DNA of 64,000 nt. Origin: Octopus vulgaris. Lineage: Eukaryota. A program made the translations under genes and the position numbers. The stretch lies in contig OX597819.1 in the NCBI GenBank assembly GCA_951406725.2, forward strand, positions 92,008,001 to 92,072,000. Reading direction: 5' to 3'. Below are positions 13,604-28,100 of the stretch, piece by piece. How positions within the stretch are numbered: position 1 is the stretch's first letter; each line of letters begins with the position of its first letter. The notes beneath the pieces were generated by a model, which ran no database searches, was not told where the DNA came from, and saw only the letters and a program-made list of their open reading frames with translations.

Positions 13604-13682
13604 CTTTAAACTTTCAAAAGAAAAGCTCTACCTTGTAATTTGTTCTATCTGTGTGCAGCCCTGTGTGGCTAATAAAGAAACA
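12527..13682 (+). mobile_element. Tx1/L1-clade LINE copy A, 5'-truncated, inside (TATC)n
   Basis: ORF2 C-terminus with zinc knuckle CPRCGQSDETVLHALVQCP (ORF 12654-13271); 3' UTR ends GGCTAATAAAGAAACA; (TATC)n on both sides. Confidence 0.92.
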
Positions 13683-13778
13683 TATCTATCTATCTACCTA
13701 TCTATCTATCGATCTATCTATCTATCTGCCAGCCTCTCTGTTTCTCTGTCCCTCTGTCTGCCTGTTGTTTATGAACGA

Positions 13779-13811
<33 letters not shown>

Positions 13812-13933
13812 TGTATGTATGTATGTATGTATGTATGTATGTATGTATGTATGTATGTGTGCATGTATGTATGTGTGTGTGCGTGCGTACATGCTTGCAT
13901 GTATGTATGTACATATGTATGTATATATGTATG

Positions 13934-13967
<34 letters not shown>

Positions 13968-13985
13968 TGTATGTATGTATGTATG

Positions 13986-14038
<53 letters not shown>

Positions 14039-14080
14039 CTCTATCTATCTACCTATCTATCTATCGATCTATCTATCTAT

Positions 14081-16178
14081 GTAGTTAACGAACCTGGCAT
14101 GGGTGGGGCGCTGATCAATTTGGATCAATCGAAAGCTTTCGATAGGGTGGACCATCGATACTTGGAGGCGGTCCTCAGAGCGGCTGGCTTCGGTCCCGTC
14201 TTCCGCGGCTGGATAGCCGCTTTGTACAGAGGCATCCGTTCGGTAATTCGAGTGAATGGACATCTATCGAGACCCTTCGACATCGCACGTTCGGTCCGTC
14301 AGGGATGCCCCCTCTCGTCGCTTCTATACGTATTGACTCTCGAGCCATTATTGCGGAAGCTGGCAACCTTGAGAGGCATCCCGCGAGAACTGGGATGCGG
14401 GACGAGCGTGTCTGCATACGCGGACGACGTCACCGTCATAGTGTCTAGCCACGAGCACATCGAGCAGGTAGGCGAGACACTGAAAAACTACGAAGCGGTG
14501 ACAGGAGCGAAAATCAACCGGGAAAAGTCAGTGGGCTTGCGACTAGGCACCTGGAGAAGCAAGCCCATGCCGTCCACCAGCGCCTCCGTCGTGGGACGCT
14601 GGACCGACGGCCCGGTTGAGTTGCTCGGGGTCTGGTTTGGTCCGGACCTCCAAGTGGAGAAGAACTGGAACGAGATAACGAGTAGGGTGGTCACTCTCGC
14701 CCGGCAATGGGCCGAGAGGAAACTGTCCCTAAAAGGTCGGGCGGAGGTGGCGAACACGTACATCGCGTCCGTCATCTACTACCGCCTGACAGGTCGTACC
14801 TTGTACCGACCCTACCATCACCAAACTACAACGCATTCTCTTTCGCTACTTGTGGAAAGGATGCGTTCCGATGGTCAGGCGATCCATTTGCTGTCAACAC
14901 CCGTTAAAAGGAGGGCTGGGCATGCCGTGGTTGATGATGCGCAGACACGCGCTGAGACTGCGACATCTCTGGCTCTATGTAGACGACGGTGAACAGGTGT
15001 GGTCGCCGTTTGTGAGGCACGCTTTCCCGCAGCTCGTCTCCATGACCGAACTGCAGTCGTGGATCAAAAAGAGGCTGAGGAAGGGCGAATGGCACCGCGA
15101 GTGTCGCGTTGCTCTCAAGCAACTCTGCCGTCCTGGGTCGACCTTGAGTGACTTCAACACAACCAAAGCATTCTATAGGGGTTTAGTGGAGGGGAGGTAC
15201 GACGACGAGCTCGGGGCGAACTTGGACGTCGACGAGGAGTACCTGACCCGCCTGTTCAGGACGACTTTCGGGCTAGGGCCCATGGACAACTTCCAGAGAT
15301 CCCTGGCCTGGCAGTGCTACCGAGAAGCGCTACCCGTTCAGGATAAGCTCTACAGACACGGCTCGAGAAACACGGGGCCGACCTGACCGAGATGCGGTCA
15401 GAGCGACGAAACCGTTCTGCACGCACTCGTGCAGTGTCCAACAATTTCCGACCTGTGGGCTTATGTCGAACAACTGCTGTCACGTGTGGGACGAGTCGGT
15501 TTATCAGCTGAGTCTATCGTCAATATTGTCACGCCTCCTTCCTTCAAACGGGAAGGAAGAGCTATTTTCATCATCCTTGTGGCTATGGCGAAAGAATGTA
15601 TCTGGTGGACGCGTCTGAAAGGATTGGAGACAAACACTTTCCTCTCTGGTCAATCTCTCATCAACTTCTTCAAGTACCACTTGAAAAGGAAAGTGAGAGT
15701 AGAGAGGCAAGTTTTGTCTAGCGAATGTTTTAAAAAAAGATGGGTGAATGTAGCAAGGATGGCACGTATGAATGACGAAGCCACCTTGAGCATGATCCTA
15801 TGAACCCAGAAATTGAAAGCAGAGAGTTGCTTATTCGCAAAAAAAAAAAAAAAAAGAAATATAACATGTGACTCCATTGACCGAGGTTACCGTGGTCTTT
15901 TCCGTAGGCTTTTCTTTCCACGGGTAAACCTCACCTGTCCTCCCCTTTATACTTCATATTGACATTTCTGTGATAACGATCCCTATTGATCAATTTTTTT
16001 TTTTCCCTCTCCCCCTTTTTTTTTAACCCCCCTTTTTTTGTCCTCTTTCTCTCCTTTTACGATCCCTTTTGATCGAAACCCCCCTTCCCCCCTTTTTTTT
16101 TTTAAACCTTCAAAAGAAAAGCTCTACCTTGTAATTTGTTCTATCTGTGTGCAGCCCTGTGTGGCTAATAAAGAAACA
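14081..16178 (+). mobile_element. Tx1/L1-clade LINE copy B (RT plus zinc knuckle), 5'-truncated and disrupted
   Basis: RT motifs LDQSKAFDRVDH, SVRQGCPLS, YADD; KGGLG motif; frameshift near 14790; premature TGA at 15384-15386; (TATC)n on both sides. Confidence 0.95.
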
Positions 16179-16336
<158 letters not shown>

Positions 16337-16393
16337 ACTAGCTAGCTAGCTACCAATCTATCTACCTGTCTATCAATGTAGTAAGACAGTGAG

Positions 16394-16451
<58 letters not shown>

Positions 16452-16711
16452 AGAAAGAAATATATTCCTCACTTTTGATTTCTTTTATTTATGTCCTACA
16501 TATCTTCAGCGACACCTACTTTAGTACATAAATCTTTATATCAGTACACACACACAGAGGCAAAAGCACACACAAACACAGACGCCAACACACAAACACA
16601 CACAGACACACACACACAAACACACACATATGTATATTTATAGACATATATATATATATACATATCTATATATATATATATTTGAAATTATATATTTACG
16701 CACACACAAAT

Positions 16712-16756
<45 letters not shown>

Positions 16757-16773
16757 CATATATATAAATATAT

Positions 16774-16838
<65 letters not shown>

Positions 16839-16863
16839 TGTACATACATGCCATATGAATATG

Positions 16864-16899
<36 letters not shown>

Positions 16900-16924
16900 T
16901 GCGACTGTGTGTTTATGTATTCTT

Positions 16925-17630
<706 letters not shown>

Positions 17631-18513
17631 TCCTGTGCATATATGTATATATATATATATATCTTTATGAATATATATATAAATTTATATGTGTGTGTGT
17701 TTGTGTGTGTAAACACGTATATATATACACACACCCAAATATATATATATATATATATATATACATACATACATACATACATATACATACACACACACAC
17801 ACAAGAATATAATATACAAACGATTATTTGGAACCAAAAGCTTTATATCAAACAACCCACCCTCGCCTCAAAACTACAGACTCACACTCGACATACACAT
17901 GAACACACACACACACACACACTTAACAAAAGAGACACTCACTGTCAACACATACACACCCATACACTCATATCTATACACACGTATGTATATTCATATG
18001 TATATGCAATATATAATATATGTATACGTATACATATATGCGTTTATTTGTTTACTTATTTGTTCGTTTGTTTATGATTGTGTATGTGTGCGCACACCCA
18101 CATCTGTGTGTAGATCGTTCAGTTTCAATCGGTATCATAGATTATTTTTCCCTTTGACGTACCAAGCAATTATATACGATTCTATCATGTTCATACTGGA
18201 CAGCAAGGGTGGAAAAAAAAAACACATCAACATCGACGAAAAAAGAAGTATTTAACAAAAAAATGTAGTCCTCCCGCCTCTTACCCTGAACGCATGTATA
18301 TATATATATATATGTACATATAGAGACATGTATATGTGTGTGTGCGTGCGCGTGTGTATAGATATACACATATATATGTGTGTATATATACATATATATA
18401 TATATACTTACACACATATATATGCATGCATATATATATATAAACATATATACATATATATACATACATATATATAAATATATGTGTATATATGTATACA
18501 TATACATATTTGC

Positions 18514-18544
<31 letters not shown>

Positions 18545-18602
18545 CATATATAAATATATCTATATTTATATATATGTGCATACATATATACATATACATA
18601 TT

Positions 18603-18648
<46 letters not shown>

Positions 18649-18953
18649 TAATATGTGTTTGTGTGTGTATGTATCACAACAAAGAGAGAAAAAGAAACAC
18701 CAAAAGATCGTATTAAACCGCCTGTATTTTTACAAGTAACAATGTTCTTGTTAACATTGCGTTTAAAGTTGTTTAATGAAATGTTGTGAATTGGATCGAT
18801 GTGTGCTATTATTGGAATATCTGTATATATATGTGTATTTATGTGCGTATGGGTCTTTGCCTCTGAATAATAGCTGTGTACTTCTGTGACTATATTCGTG
18901 TGTATTTAATTTCGACTGCGTCGGTGTTTACGACTGTAGACACATCTGTATTG

Positions 18954-19004
18954 CCAGTGACTGATGAGTACAGGAAAACGCCTGGCGAACCAATCCGTGA
19001 CTGG
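18954..19004 (+). ncRNA. Degenerate hammerhead motif in a (TA)n-flanked segment
   Basis: CCAGTGA-CTGATGA-GTACAGG(AAAACG)CCTGGC-GAAC...ACTGG; intact CTGATGA and stem II, but the GAAA and cleavage side are decayed. Confidence 0.4.
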
Positions 19005-19194
19005 ATTTTGAGTCCAGTTTCAGATTAATTTGTATGAGTTTAGACAGTGTAACTGTTTTTGAACCGCATAACTTGTTATTCATGTCATGGAGAACATAGC
19101 AAGAAGAAGAAATGGCAATAAAGACCACAGACAAAAGAATAAACAACAAAACAAATGCACTAAAAGTATATATATATATATATATATAGACGTA

Positions 19195-19350
19195 GACGTG
19201 GTTGTGTGGTTAACAAGCTTACTTCTCAACCATGTGGTCTTGGTTCAGTCCTACTCTGCGGAACATTCGGCAATGTCTTCTACTATAGCCTCGGGTTGAC
19301 TAAGGCCTTGTGAGTGGATTTGGTTGGCTGAAACTGAAAGTCGCCGTCTA
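19195..19350 (+). mobile_element. SINE family 1 5' module
   Basis: GTGGTTGTGTGGTTAACAAGC...GGTTCAGTCC...GCCTTGTGAGTGGATTTGG. Confidence 0.75.
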
Positions 19351-19352
19351 TG

Positions 19353-19386
<34 letters not shown>

Positions 19387-19520
19387 TGTATGTATGTATG
19401 TATGTATGTATGTATGTATGTATGTATGTATGTATGTATGTATGCATGCATGCATGCATGCATGTATGTATGTATGTATGTATGTATGTATGTATGTATG
19501 TATGTATGTACGTATGTATG

Positions 19521-19800
19521 TCATTGTTCAGTTTTATTTTAAGAGTTCTTGCCAATAGAGTAAGAGCAGGTTTCTAACCTAGATCCAAGGCTTCTTCATT
19601 GGAATTTCAACATAAAACAACAGGGCATTTTTGTTTGTATGTATGTACATGTGCAGATTTGCATGCTTTGCTTTATGTATGTATTCTCATGCGTATAGTT
19701 GCATATCTAGACATGCTCATATATATTTGAATAATAAACATTTGGAAAGTTTTACAGATGTTTATTGTTCCAGTGATGAATAGGATCACTAGTCTTCGAT
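19521..19800 (-). mobile_element. RLE non-LTR element 3' end (copy 1), running into (CATA)n
   Basis: Aligns with 24220-24575 (TTTCTAACCTAGATCCAAGG, ATCTAGACATGCTCATATAT, GGAAAGTTTTACAGAT). Confidence 0.7.
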
Positions 19801-19869
19801 TTAATAGATCAGTACGGGGGGTTTGAAAAATTATAATGTATAATTGCCTCGTACTTTAATCTAGGCGTA

Positions 19870-19940
19870 CATGTTGAAGAAGACTTCGCCTAGCAAATTA
19901 TTTCATTTGGTAAAAAAGTCAGAAACCATGGTCCAGGAGA
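19870..19940 (+). ncRNA. Type I hammerhead motif (same family as 1302-1377)
   Basis: TTGAAGA-a-GACTT...AAGTC-a-GAAA-CCATGG-TC-CAGG; stem II differs from copy 1 but still pairs; stem I partly decayed. Confidence 0.55.
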
Positions 19941-20068
19941 TAGATGGTAAATGTTTTTAATTTTCATCCCCTTCGAAGTTTATCCCTAATAGTGGTTTGG
20001 ATTTTGGCTGTTCCTTCTGGCGTGCCAGGAATCCTATGACGGATACCTCTTATGTGTTTAAATGTACA

Positions 20069-20181
<113 letters not shown>

Positions 20182-20439
20182 AATGAGGGCTTTGCGGCTA
20201 TCACACAGTATTAAGACAAGACAGGACGTGTTCTATAGGATTTGAGAAGGAAAGTGGAGCGATAGAAGGATAGAAAGATAGGTGGAAGGATGGAAGAAAT
20301 AGCCGTCGAATGACTGAAACAAGCAAAAGGTAAAAGATGTATGTCTGTATGTCTGTCTGTCTGTATATATGTATGTACGTATGTATATAAAACATACACA
20401 AACACACACACATACACACACACATATATATGTACGTAT

Positions 20440-20710
20440 AAGCACCACGAAGCTCCACGAGGTCCCGGCAGTGGGAAGGGGGTGAACTCTGCTGTACCCT
20501 TTCACCACTACTTTCACTCTTTCTTCCTGTTTATGTTGTACCTGTATTTCAAAGGGCCAGCCTTGTCACGCTCTGTGTCACGCTGAATCTCCCCGAGAAC
20601 TACGTTAAGGGTACACGTGTCTGTGGAGTGTTCAGCCACTTGCACATTAATCTCACGAGCAAGGTGTTCCGTTGATCGAACCCTCGTCGTCGGAACCGAC
20701 GGAGTGCCAC
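20440..20710 (+). mobile_element. SINE family 3, 5'-truncated
   Basis: Matches 38860-39087 (CTGTGTCACGCTGAAT.TCCCCGAGAACTACGTTAAGGGTACACGTGTCTGTGGAGTG). Confidence 0.8.
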
Positions 20711-21149
20711 GATTTATGTATATGTATGGCTTTTTGGATAATTTTTATTTTAATATTAATTATTACTTTATCATTAAAATTATCCTCCCAAAAGCCATCT
20801 TAACTCGTTTTCTATCTGTTTCTCTCTCTCCCCCTCTTACTCCTTTTCTCTCTCTCGTTGCTCACACTGGACAATCGTCCATCTTTCTTTCCCCCACATG
20901 ATCATCTTTCTTTTGTTTCAGGAATGTCTTAAGGACTGGACATATTCTATCTCTCTCTTGTCAAAAAGACTGGACATATATCTATCTTTTCTCTTGTCAA
21001 AAAAAAAATATATATTTCTCCACCGTTCTCTATATTACCCTCGTTCTGGTCTAACGACCCTCCACGTTTGTTTGTCGCCACTAACCTGTTTTTGTTCCAG
21101 ACTTTAACCCTCCATAAATCCCAAATTTTTTTTTGGTACGTATGGGAGT

Positions 21150-21227
21150 AACTGCCTTCCAAGACTCATATTGTCATTAAATGCTCGAAATGAGGAGTAG
21201 ATAGACAGCCGATAGATGATGAAGGGT
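21150..21227 (+). ncRNA. Candidate non-circularly permuted hammerhead, copy 1
   Basis: CTCA-TA-TTGTC ... GCTC-GAAA-TGAG ... GATAG-ATGATGA-A-GGGT. Confidence 0.45.
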
Positions 21228-21432
21228 CGTTCTTTATGTTACTTTTCCTGTTTTCCATTTGTTTCTCTCGCTATTTGCGTACTGAACTCATTTGTTTTTC
21301 GTATTTCATGTTGTTTACTGTCCGTGACGTCCTGTACCTATATATGAATATGTATATATATATATATATATATATCTATCTATATATATATATATATACA
21401 TGCATGCATACATCTATATATATGTATGTATA

Positions 21433-21493
<61 letters not shown>

Positions 21494-21948
21494 TATTTAT
21501 ATTATTAATTGATTGAAAGCCACGCATCCATCCATTTCCAAGTAAGTTTATCTTAATGTTTTTGATGCGACTCTACCCTATACTGTTTCTCTTTCATCGT
21601 TTTCTCTAATTCCCTTTTCTCCCTCTCACCGTTTTCTACCTGTCTGTCTCTGTCTCTCCTTTTCTCTCCCTCGTTACACGTGACCATCGTCCATCTTTCT
21701 TTTCTTCACGTGATCATCTTTTCTTTCAGGACTGTCCTAAGGGCTGGACGTATTCTATCTCTCTCTTTTATCTTTTCTCTTGCCAAAGAAAATATTTCTC
21801 CAGCGTTCTCTATTTTACCCTCGTTCTGGTCTAACGCCCTTCCATGTTTGTTTTCGTTCGGTTTTCTTGTATGTTTCCACTGTCCTGTTTTTGTTCCCAA
21901 CTTTGACCCTCCATAAAACCCAAATTTTATTTTGGTACATATGGGAGC

Positions 21949-22026
21949 AACTGTCTTCGAAGACTCATATCATCATTCATTGCTCGAAATGAGGAGTAGA
22001 AAGACAGTTGACAGTTGATGAAGGGT
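21949..22026 (+). ncRNA. Candidate non-circularly permuted hammerhead, copy 2
   Basis: AACTGTCTT..CTCA-TA-TCATCA ... GCTC-GAAA-TGAG ... AAGACAGT-TGACAG-TTGATGA-A-GGGT. Confidence 0.5.
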
Positions 22027-22228
22027 CCTTCTTTATGTTACTTATCCTGTTTTCCATTTTTTCTCTCGTTATTTGCGTACTGAACTCATTTGTTTTTCGT
22101 ATTTCATGTTGTTTACTGTTGGTGACGTCCTGTACCCATATATGCATATGTGTATGAGCGTCCAATAATACTATATTTGTTCCACGTCCTCGCGTTGTTG
22201 TGTTTGTTTTGTGCTTTCTTGTTTGGAT

Positions 22229-22296
<68 letters not shown>

Positions 22297-22634
22297 ATAT
22301 ACATACATATAAATTTAGGGAAGTAGTATGGATGTCTTCGTTCAGTGCAACAAAGGATGCATTCATTTGAAATAGCAATGCGTGCATCATACTTAAAGAA
22401 CGTACATGATTGAAAGGCTGATAAACTGCGGTATTTTTTCCCAAGATAATATATCAGCGTTGTGAAACAAACAAATATAACAGCAGCTGACGAAAATGGT
22501 CCAGTAACGAAGGTAACATTGCTAAATCCACATTTCAGCGTCTGTCGGTTCCGTGAGTAGCAAGTATCTACCGGTAAATGCATGCTAAAACACGATCTGT
22601 CCTTACTTATAAAGGAAACACACACACACACACA

Positions 22635-22771
<137 letters not shown>

Positions 22772-23499
22772 ATGCACTTACGTACATACGCACATATAAT
22801 GTATTGTTCAATCCTTTAAATTGTTTATTAAAATGTATTAGGACACAAAATCGGATATAGCTTGTAACTATTTCTCATCGGAGGACAAAATATTAAAACA
22901 TATAGAAAAGAATACAACTGAAGGAACCATAATTACTTTCCTGAAAAATCTAATGAATCACTGCCGTTATTCTAATGAGAAAAATATTTAATAAAAAACT
23001 ACAAAAAATTAAATAAATAAAATTCATTAAGCAAGAGTAAATAGATGTTTTTTTTTTGAAACAAAAAATAATTTATTGAGGAAAATAAAAATTTAAAATA
23101 ATTTCTTTTTTTTTTATTAACATTCAATTCTGTTTCTTTTTTCAAGCTATGTTTCTTTACTTTTCTATTTCTCTCCCGCTTTGTCTATATACTTCTCTCT
23201 TCTTCACTCATTCACTCATTCAATCACTCACTCACTCACTCACTCACTCACTCATTCGCTCACTCACTTTCTACACCTACTGATTTGCTTAAGTTCCTTC
23301 CGTCTTCTCAGATGAAGCCTGTTTATTTTTCCAGTCTAATTAATTAGTTCTTCGAAAGAAATTTGAAACTCGCTTTTGTAATAAATCTACAATTTTGATG
23401 GATTAATTTTCATTCTGACCAGTTGAAAACAGACATACACATGCACACATACGTAAGCATATACACTCGAGCAAACATTCACACACACACACACAAACA

Positions 23500-24200
23500 T
23501 ACACACACACATACATACCTAAACACATACATATACGTATATCTCTATATATATGTATAAGTATGCATATGTATGAACGTATGTACGTATGAATGTATGT
23601 ATATATACACATATATATATACATGCAGGCGCACACACAAACGCACACATACAAAAATACACACGCATACCTACATACATGCATATAGGTGTATCTCTAT
23701 ATGTACGTATGCATATGTATGTATTTATGTATGTACTTATGTATATATATATATACACATACATATATACATGCAGGCACAGGCGCACACACACAAACAC
23801 AAGCACAAACACATACACACACACACATACATACCTACACACATGCATATACGTATATCTATATATATATATATAAGTATGCATATGTATGAACGTATGT
23901 ACGTATGAATGTATGTATATATACACACATATATATATATATACATACAGGCGCACACATACAAAAACACACACGCATACCCACATACATGCATATAGGT
24001 GTATCTCTATATGTACGTATGCATATGTATGTATTTATGTATATACTTATGTATATATATACACATACATATATACATGCAGGCACAGGCACACACACAC
24101 ACAAACACAAGCACAAACACATACACACACACATACATACCTACACTCATGCATATACGTATATCTATATATATATATATAAGTATGCATATGTATGTAT
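23500..24200. repeat. Higher-order tandem repeat (~310-bp unit) built from degenerate microsatellites
   Basis: AAGTATGCATATGTATG recurs near 23560, 23877 and 24181 with the same intervening order. Confidence 0.8.
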
Positions 24201-24209
24201 TTTGCAATC

Positions 24210-24347
24210 ATTATATCAATATTCAGTTTATTTCAAGATCTCTCGCCAATAGAAAAAGAACCGTTTTCTAACCTAGATCCAAGGTTCCTTAATTGGAATT
24301 TCAACATCAACGACTGGGTATTTTTGTTTGTATGTATGAATGGAATG

Positions 24348-24381
<34 letters not shown>

Positions 24382-24785
24382 TGTATGTATGTATGTATGT
24401 ATGTATGTATGTATGTATGTATGTATGTATGTATGTGTGTATGTATGTTTTATGTATGTATTCTCATGCATATAGGTATATATCTAGACATGCTCATATA
24501 TATTTAAATGATAAACTTCTGGAAAGTTTTACAGATTTTTACAGTTCCAGTGAAGGATTGGATCTGTAGTCTTCGAATTAGCTTTCTCCTTTCTGGTTTT
24601 CAGAAGCCTAATTTCTCAAGATTGGTATTTAGGCAGTGTGTTACACATCCAGGGGTCCCAATAATTACAGGCATAAACCTGAACTTGTCATCTGGATAGA
24701 GAAACTGCATATTTCTCAATAGTTCAGCATAGGTGTTCTCTCTTTTACTGATCTTCAGCATTATGTTAACATCCGCTGGGCAGAT
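24210..24785 (-). mobile_element. RLE non-LTR element 3' end (copy 2), flanked by (CATA)n-type repeats
   Basis: Minus strand ICPADVNIMLKISKRENTYAELLRNMQFLYPDDKFRFMPVIIGTPG...EKLGF*KPERRKLIRRLQIQSFTGTVKICKTFQKFII* (stop at 24504-24506), an RLE C-terminal pattern. Confidence 0.75.
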
Positions 24786-24927
24786 ATATGTATGTATGTA
24801 TGCACACAAACATATATACATGCAGACACACACATATTACACCCCTCACACACATATTTATACTCTCACATACTGACACATATGCACATAAAACATACGT
24901 TTACAAACATTCATACATATACGATCA

Positions 24928-24961
<34 letters not shown>

Positions 24962-24982
24962 CGCCTATGCAATCTTTCACAC

Positions 24983-25051
<69 letters not shown>

Positions 25052-25069
25052 CATCTATCTATCTATCTA

Positions 25070-26154
25070 CCGCGAGTGTCGCGTTGCTCTCAAGCAACTC
25101 TGCCGTCCTGGGTCGACCTTAAGTGACTTCAACACAACCAAAGCATTCTATAGGGGTTTAGTGGAGGGGAGGTACGACGACGAGCTCGGGGCGAACCTGG
25201 ACGTCGACGAGGAGTACCTGACCCGCCTGTTCAGGACGACTTTCGGGCCAGGGCCCATGGACAACTTCCAGAGATCCCTGGCCTGGCAGTGCTACCGAGA
25301 AGCGCTACCCGTTCGGGATAAGCTCTACAGACACGGCTCGAGAAACACGGGGCCGACCTGCCCGAGATGCGGTCAGAGCGACGAAACCGTTCTGCACGCA
25401 CTCGTTCAGTGTCCAACAATTTCCGACCTGTGGGCTTATGTCAAACAACTGCTGTCACGTGTGGGACGAGTCGGTTTATCAGCTGAGTCTATCGTCAATA
25501 TTGTCACGCCTCCTTCCTTCAAACGGGAAGGAAGAGCTATTTTCATCATCCTTGTGGCTATGGCGAAAGAATGTATCTGGTGGACGCGTCTGAACGGATT
25601 GGAGACAAACACTTTCCTCTCTGGTCAATCTCTCATCAACTTCTTCAAGTACCACTTGAAAAGGAAAGTGAGAGTAGAGAGGCAAGTTTTGTCTAGCAGA
25701 ATGTTTTAAAAAAAGATGGGTGAATGTAGCAAGAATGGCACGTATGAATGCCGAAGCCACCTTGAGCATAGTCCTATGAACCCAGAAATCGAAAACAGAG
25801 AGTTGCTTATTTGCAAAAAAAAAAAAAAAAAAAAAAGAAATATAAAATGTGATTTCATTGACCGAGGTTACCGTGGTCTTTTCCGTAGGCTTTTCTTTCC
25901 ACGGGTAAACCTCACCTGTCCTCCCCTTTACACTTCATATTGACATTTCTGTGATAACGATCCCTATTGATCAATTTTTTCCCTCTCCCCCTTTTTTTAA
26001 CCCCCCTTTTTTGTCCTCTTTCTCTCCTTTTACGATCCCTTTTGATCGAAACTCCCCCCTTTCCTTTTTTTTTTTTTTTAAACCTTCAAAAGAAAAGCTC
26101 TACCTTGTAATTTGTTCTATCTGTGTGCAGCCCTGTGTGGCTAATAAAGAAACA
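25070..26154 (+). mobile_element. Tx1/L1-clade LINE copy C, 5'-truncated, inside (TATC)n
   Basis: Near-identical to copies A and B; +1 frameshift near 25699; same 3' end GGCTAATAAAGAAACA|TATC. Confidence 0.92.
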
Positions 26155-26174
26155 TATCTATCTATCTATCTATT

Positions 26175-26210
<36 letters not shown>

Positions 26211-26241
26211 GATCTATCTATCTATCTATCTATCTATCTAC

Positions 26242-26285
<44 letters not shown>

Positions 26286-26324
26286 ATGCCTACCTGTCTG
26301 TGTGTCTGCCTCTCTCTCGCTCTC

Positions 26325-26369
<45 letters not shown>

Positions 26370-26979
26370 ATGTCTGTCTGTCTATATGTGTGTTGCGTGT
26401 GCATGTGTTAGTGTGTGCCTATGTGTATGGGTGCATGTATGAATATACTTTCATATAGTAACACATGTACAAACATATAAACAAACACACTCTTGTGCAG
26501 TGATATTCTAACATTTGACCAGAATAAATTAAAACCGAACTAAAGAAAGAACTAAAAAACACAGAACGCAAACTACACACACACACACCACAGAAACACG
26601 CATATGCACTCACACGCCCACACATCATTTCCGTCTTTCAGATCCATCTTCATTGCCATAAGAGGCAGTCTACAACGTCAGTCATGTCGCAGTACTAGCC
26701 AATCAACGACATTAAGCTCTGTCAAAGACAAGGTCATCCGTTAATGAGAAAACAGTCAGATGCAACGATAGATTTGCTCATGTTCATGAATGTGCTGAGA
26801 CACAAATGCACAAACAATACAGTTTGTTTACAGAATTTGTAAGTTTATTGTTATTTAGATGGTGGATTTAAGTGAATTTCTAATGATAATGTTCTCTCTC
26901 TCAATGTGGTGCACTATAAACAAGAATATGGACGCAAAGAGTTTGTATATATATATATATATACGCATATATTCTTTTT

Positions 26980-27354
26980 TCGTTTTACTTTTTTTTCACT
27001 TGTTCAGTCATTTGACTGCGGCCATGCTGAAGCACCGCCTTTTAGTCGAACAAAGCGACCCCCAGGACTTGTTCTTTGTAAGCCCAGTACTTATTCTATG
27101 GGTCCCTTTTGCCGAACTGCTAAGTTAGGGAGACGTAAACACAACAACACCGGTTGTCAAGCGATGGTGGTGGGGACAAGAACAGACACCACAGACTCAC
27201 AAACATTGTGTGATAAGAAGCTTGCGTCTTCCAGCCACGCGGTTCCAGGTTCAGTCCCACTGCGTGGCACCTTGGGCAAGTGTTATTTATTATTGACTCG
27301 GGTAGAATAAAGTCTTATGAGCAGATATCGTAGACAGAAGCTGAAAGCAGCTCA

Positions 27355-27412
<58 letters not shown>

Positions 27413-28100
27413 TTGTGTGTCTGTATTAGTCCCCCACCATCGCTTGAGAACCGATGTTGGTGTGTTTACTTCCCCGTAACTTAGCGGTTCGGCTAAAAAC
27501 ACCGACAGAATAAGTACGAGGCTTACAAAGAATAAGTCCTGGGGTCGATTTGTTCGAGTAAAGGCGGTGCTCCAACATGACCGCCATTAAATGAATTAAA
27601 CAAGTAAAAGAATAAAAAAATATATACATATATATTTACACGACGTGTTTCATTCAGTTTCCGTCTACTAAATCCACTCACAAGGCTTTCGGCGGCCCGT
27701 GACTATAGTAGACGACACTTGCTCAAGGTGCCACGCAGTAAGACTGAACCAGGAACCATGTGGTTGGGAAGCAAGCTTCTTACCCACACAGCCACGCCTG
27801 TTTGTAAGGTTATTATTATGTATTTAAATGATGGGTTTAATAGAATTTCTAATGATCATGTTTTCTTTCTCACTGTGGTTAGCAATAAAAGAAGAATATG
27901 GACGCAAAGAGTTCGTTTGTATATACAAACGCATGTATGTACTTATTATATTTTTTTACCTCTTTCGGTTATTTCACTGCGGCCATGCTGGGGCACCGCT
28001 ATTTTTCTTCTTTCAGTTATTTGAGTGCGGCAATACTGAGGGATTTTAGTAGAACGGATGAATGCCAGCACTAATTTTCAAATTTGGTACTTATTCCGCT
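26980..28100. mobile_element. Cluster of SINE family 1 modules in both orientations
   Basis: 3' module minus 26980-27190; head plus 27205-27355; (CA)n; 3' module plus 27415-27615; head minus 27640-27800; partial minus 27955-28100. Confidence 0.8.

Larger units (their letters stand above)
20800..22232 (+). mobile_element. Two tandem copies (~20800-21340 and ~21600-22232) of a PLE pLTR-like repeat separated by (TA)n
   Basis: Direct repeat with ~800-bp offset (CCCTCGTTCTGGTCTAACG; GCTCGAAATGAGGAGTAGA; TTTGCGTACTGAACTCATTTG); diverged third copy at 50420-50750 on the minus strand. Confidence 0.65.

Noticed and set aside
13787-14992. 401-aa ORF as an intact gene or repeat-RT fusion protein
   Set aside because: The first ~98 aa are microsatellite read-through into a 5'-truncated LINE, and the end is frameshifted.
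26642-26838. Possible exon (TTTCAG acceptor, GTAAGT donor)
   Set aside because: Stops in all three frames, and the donor lies at the start of an old local duplication (also near 27805). A UTR or lncRNA exon cannot be excluded without RNA data.
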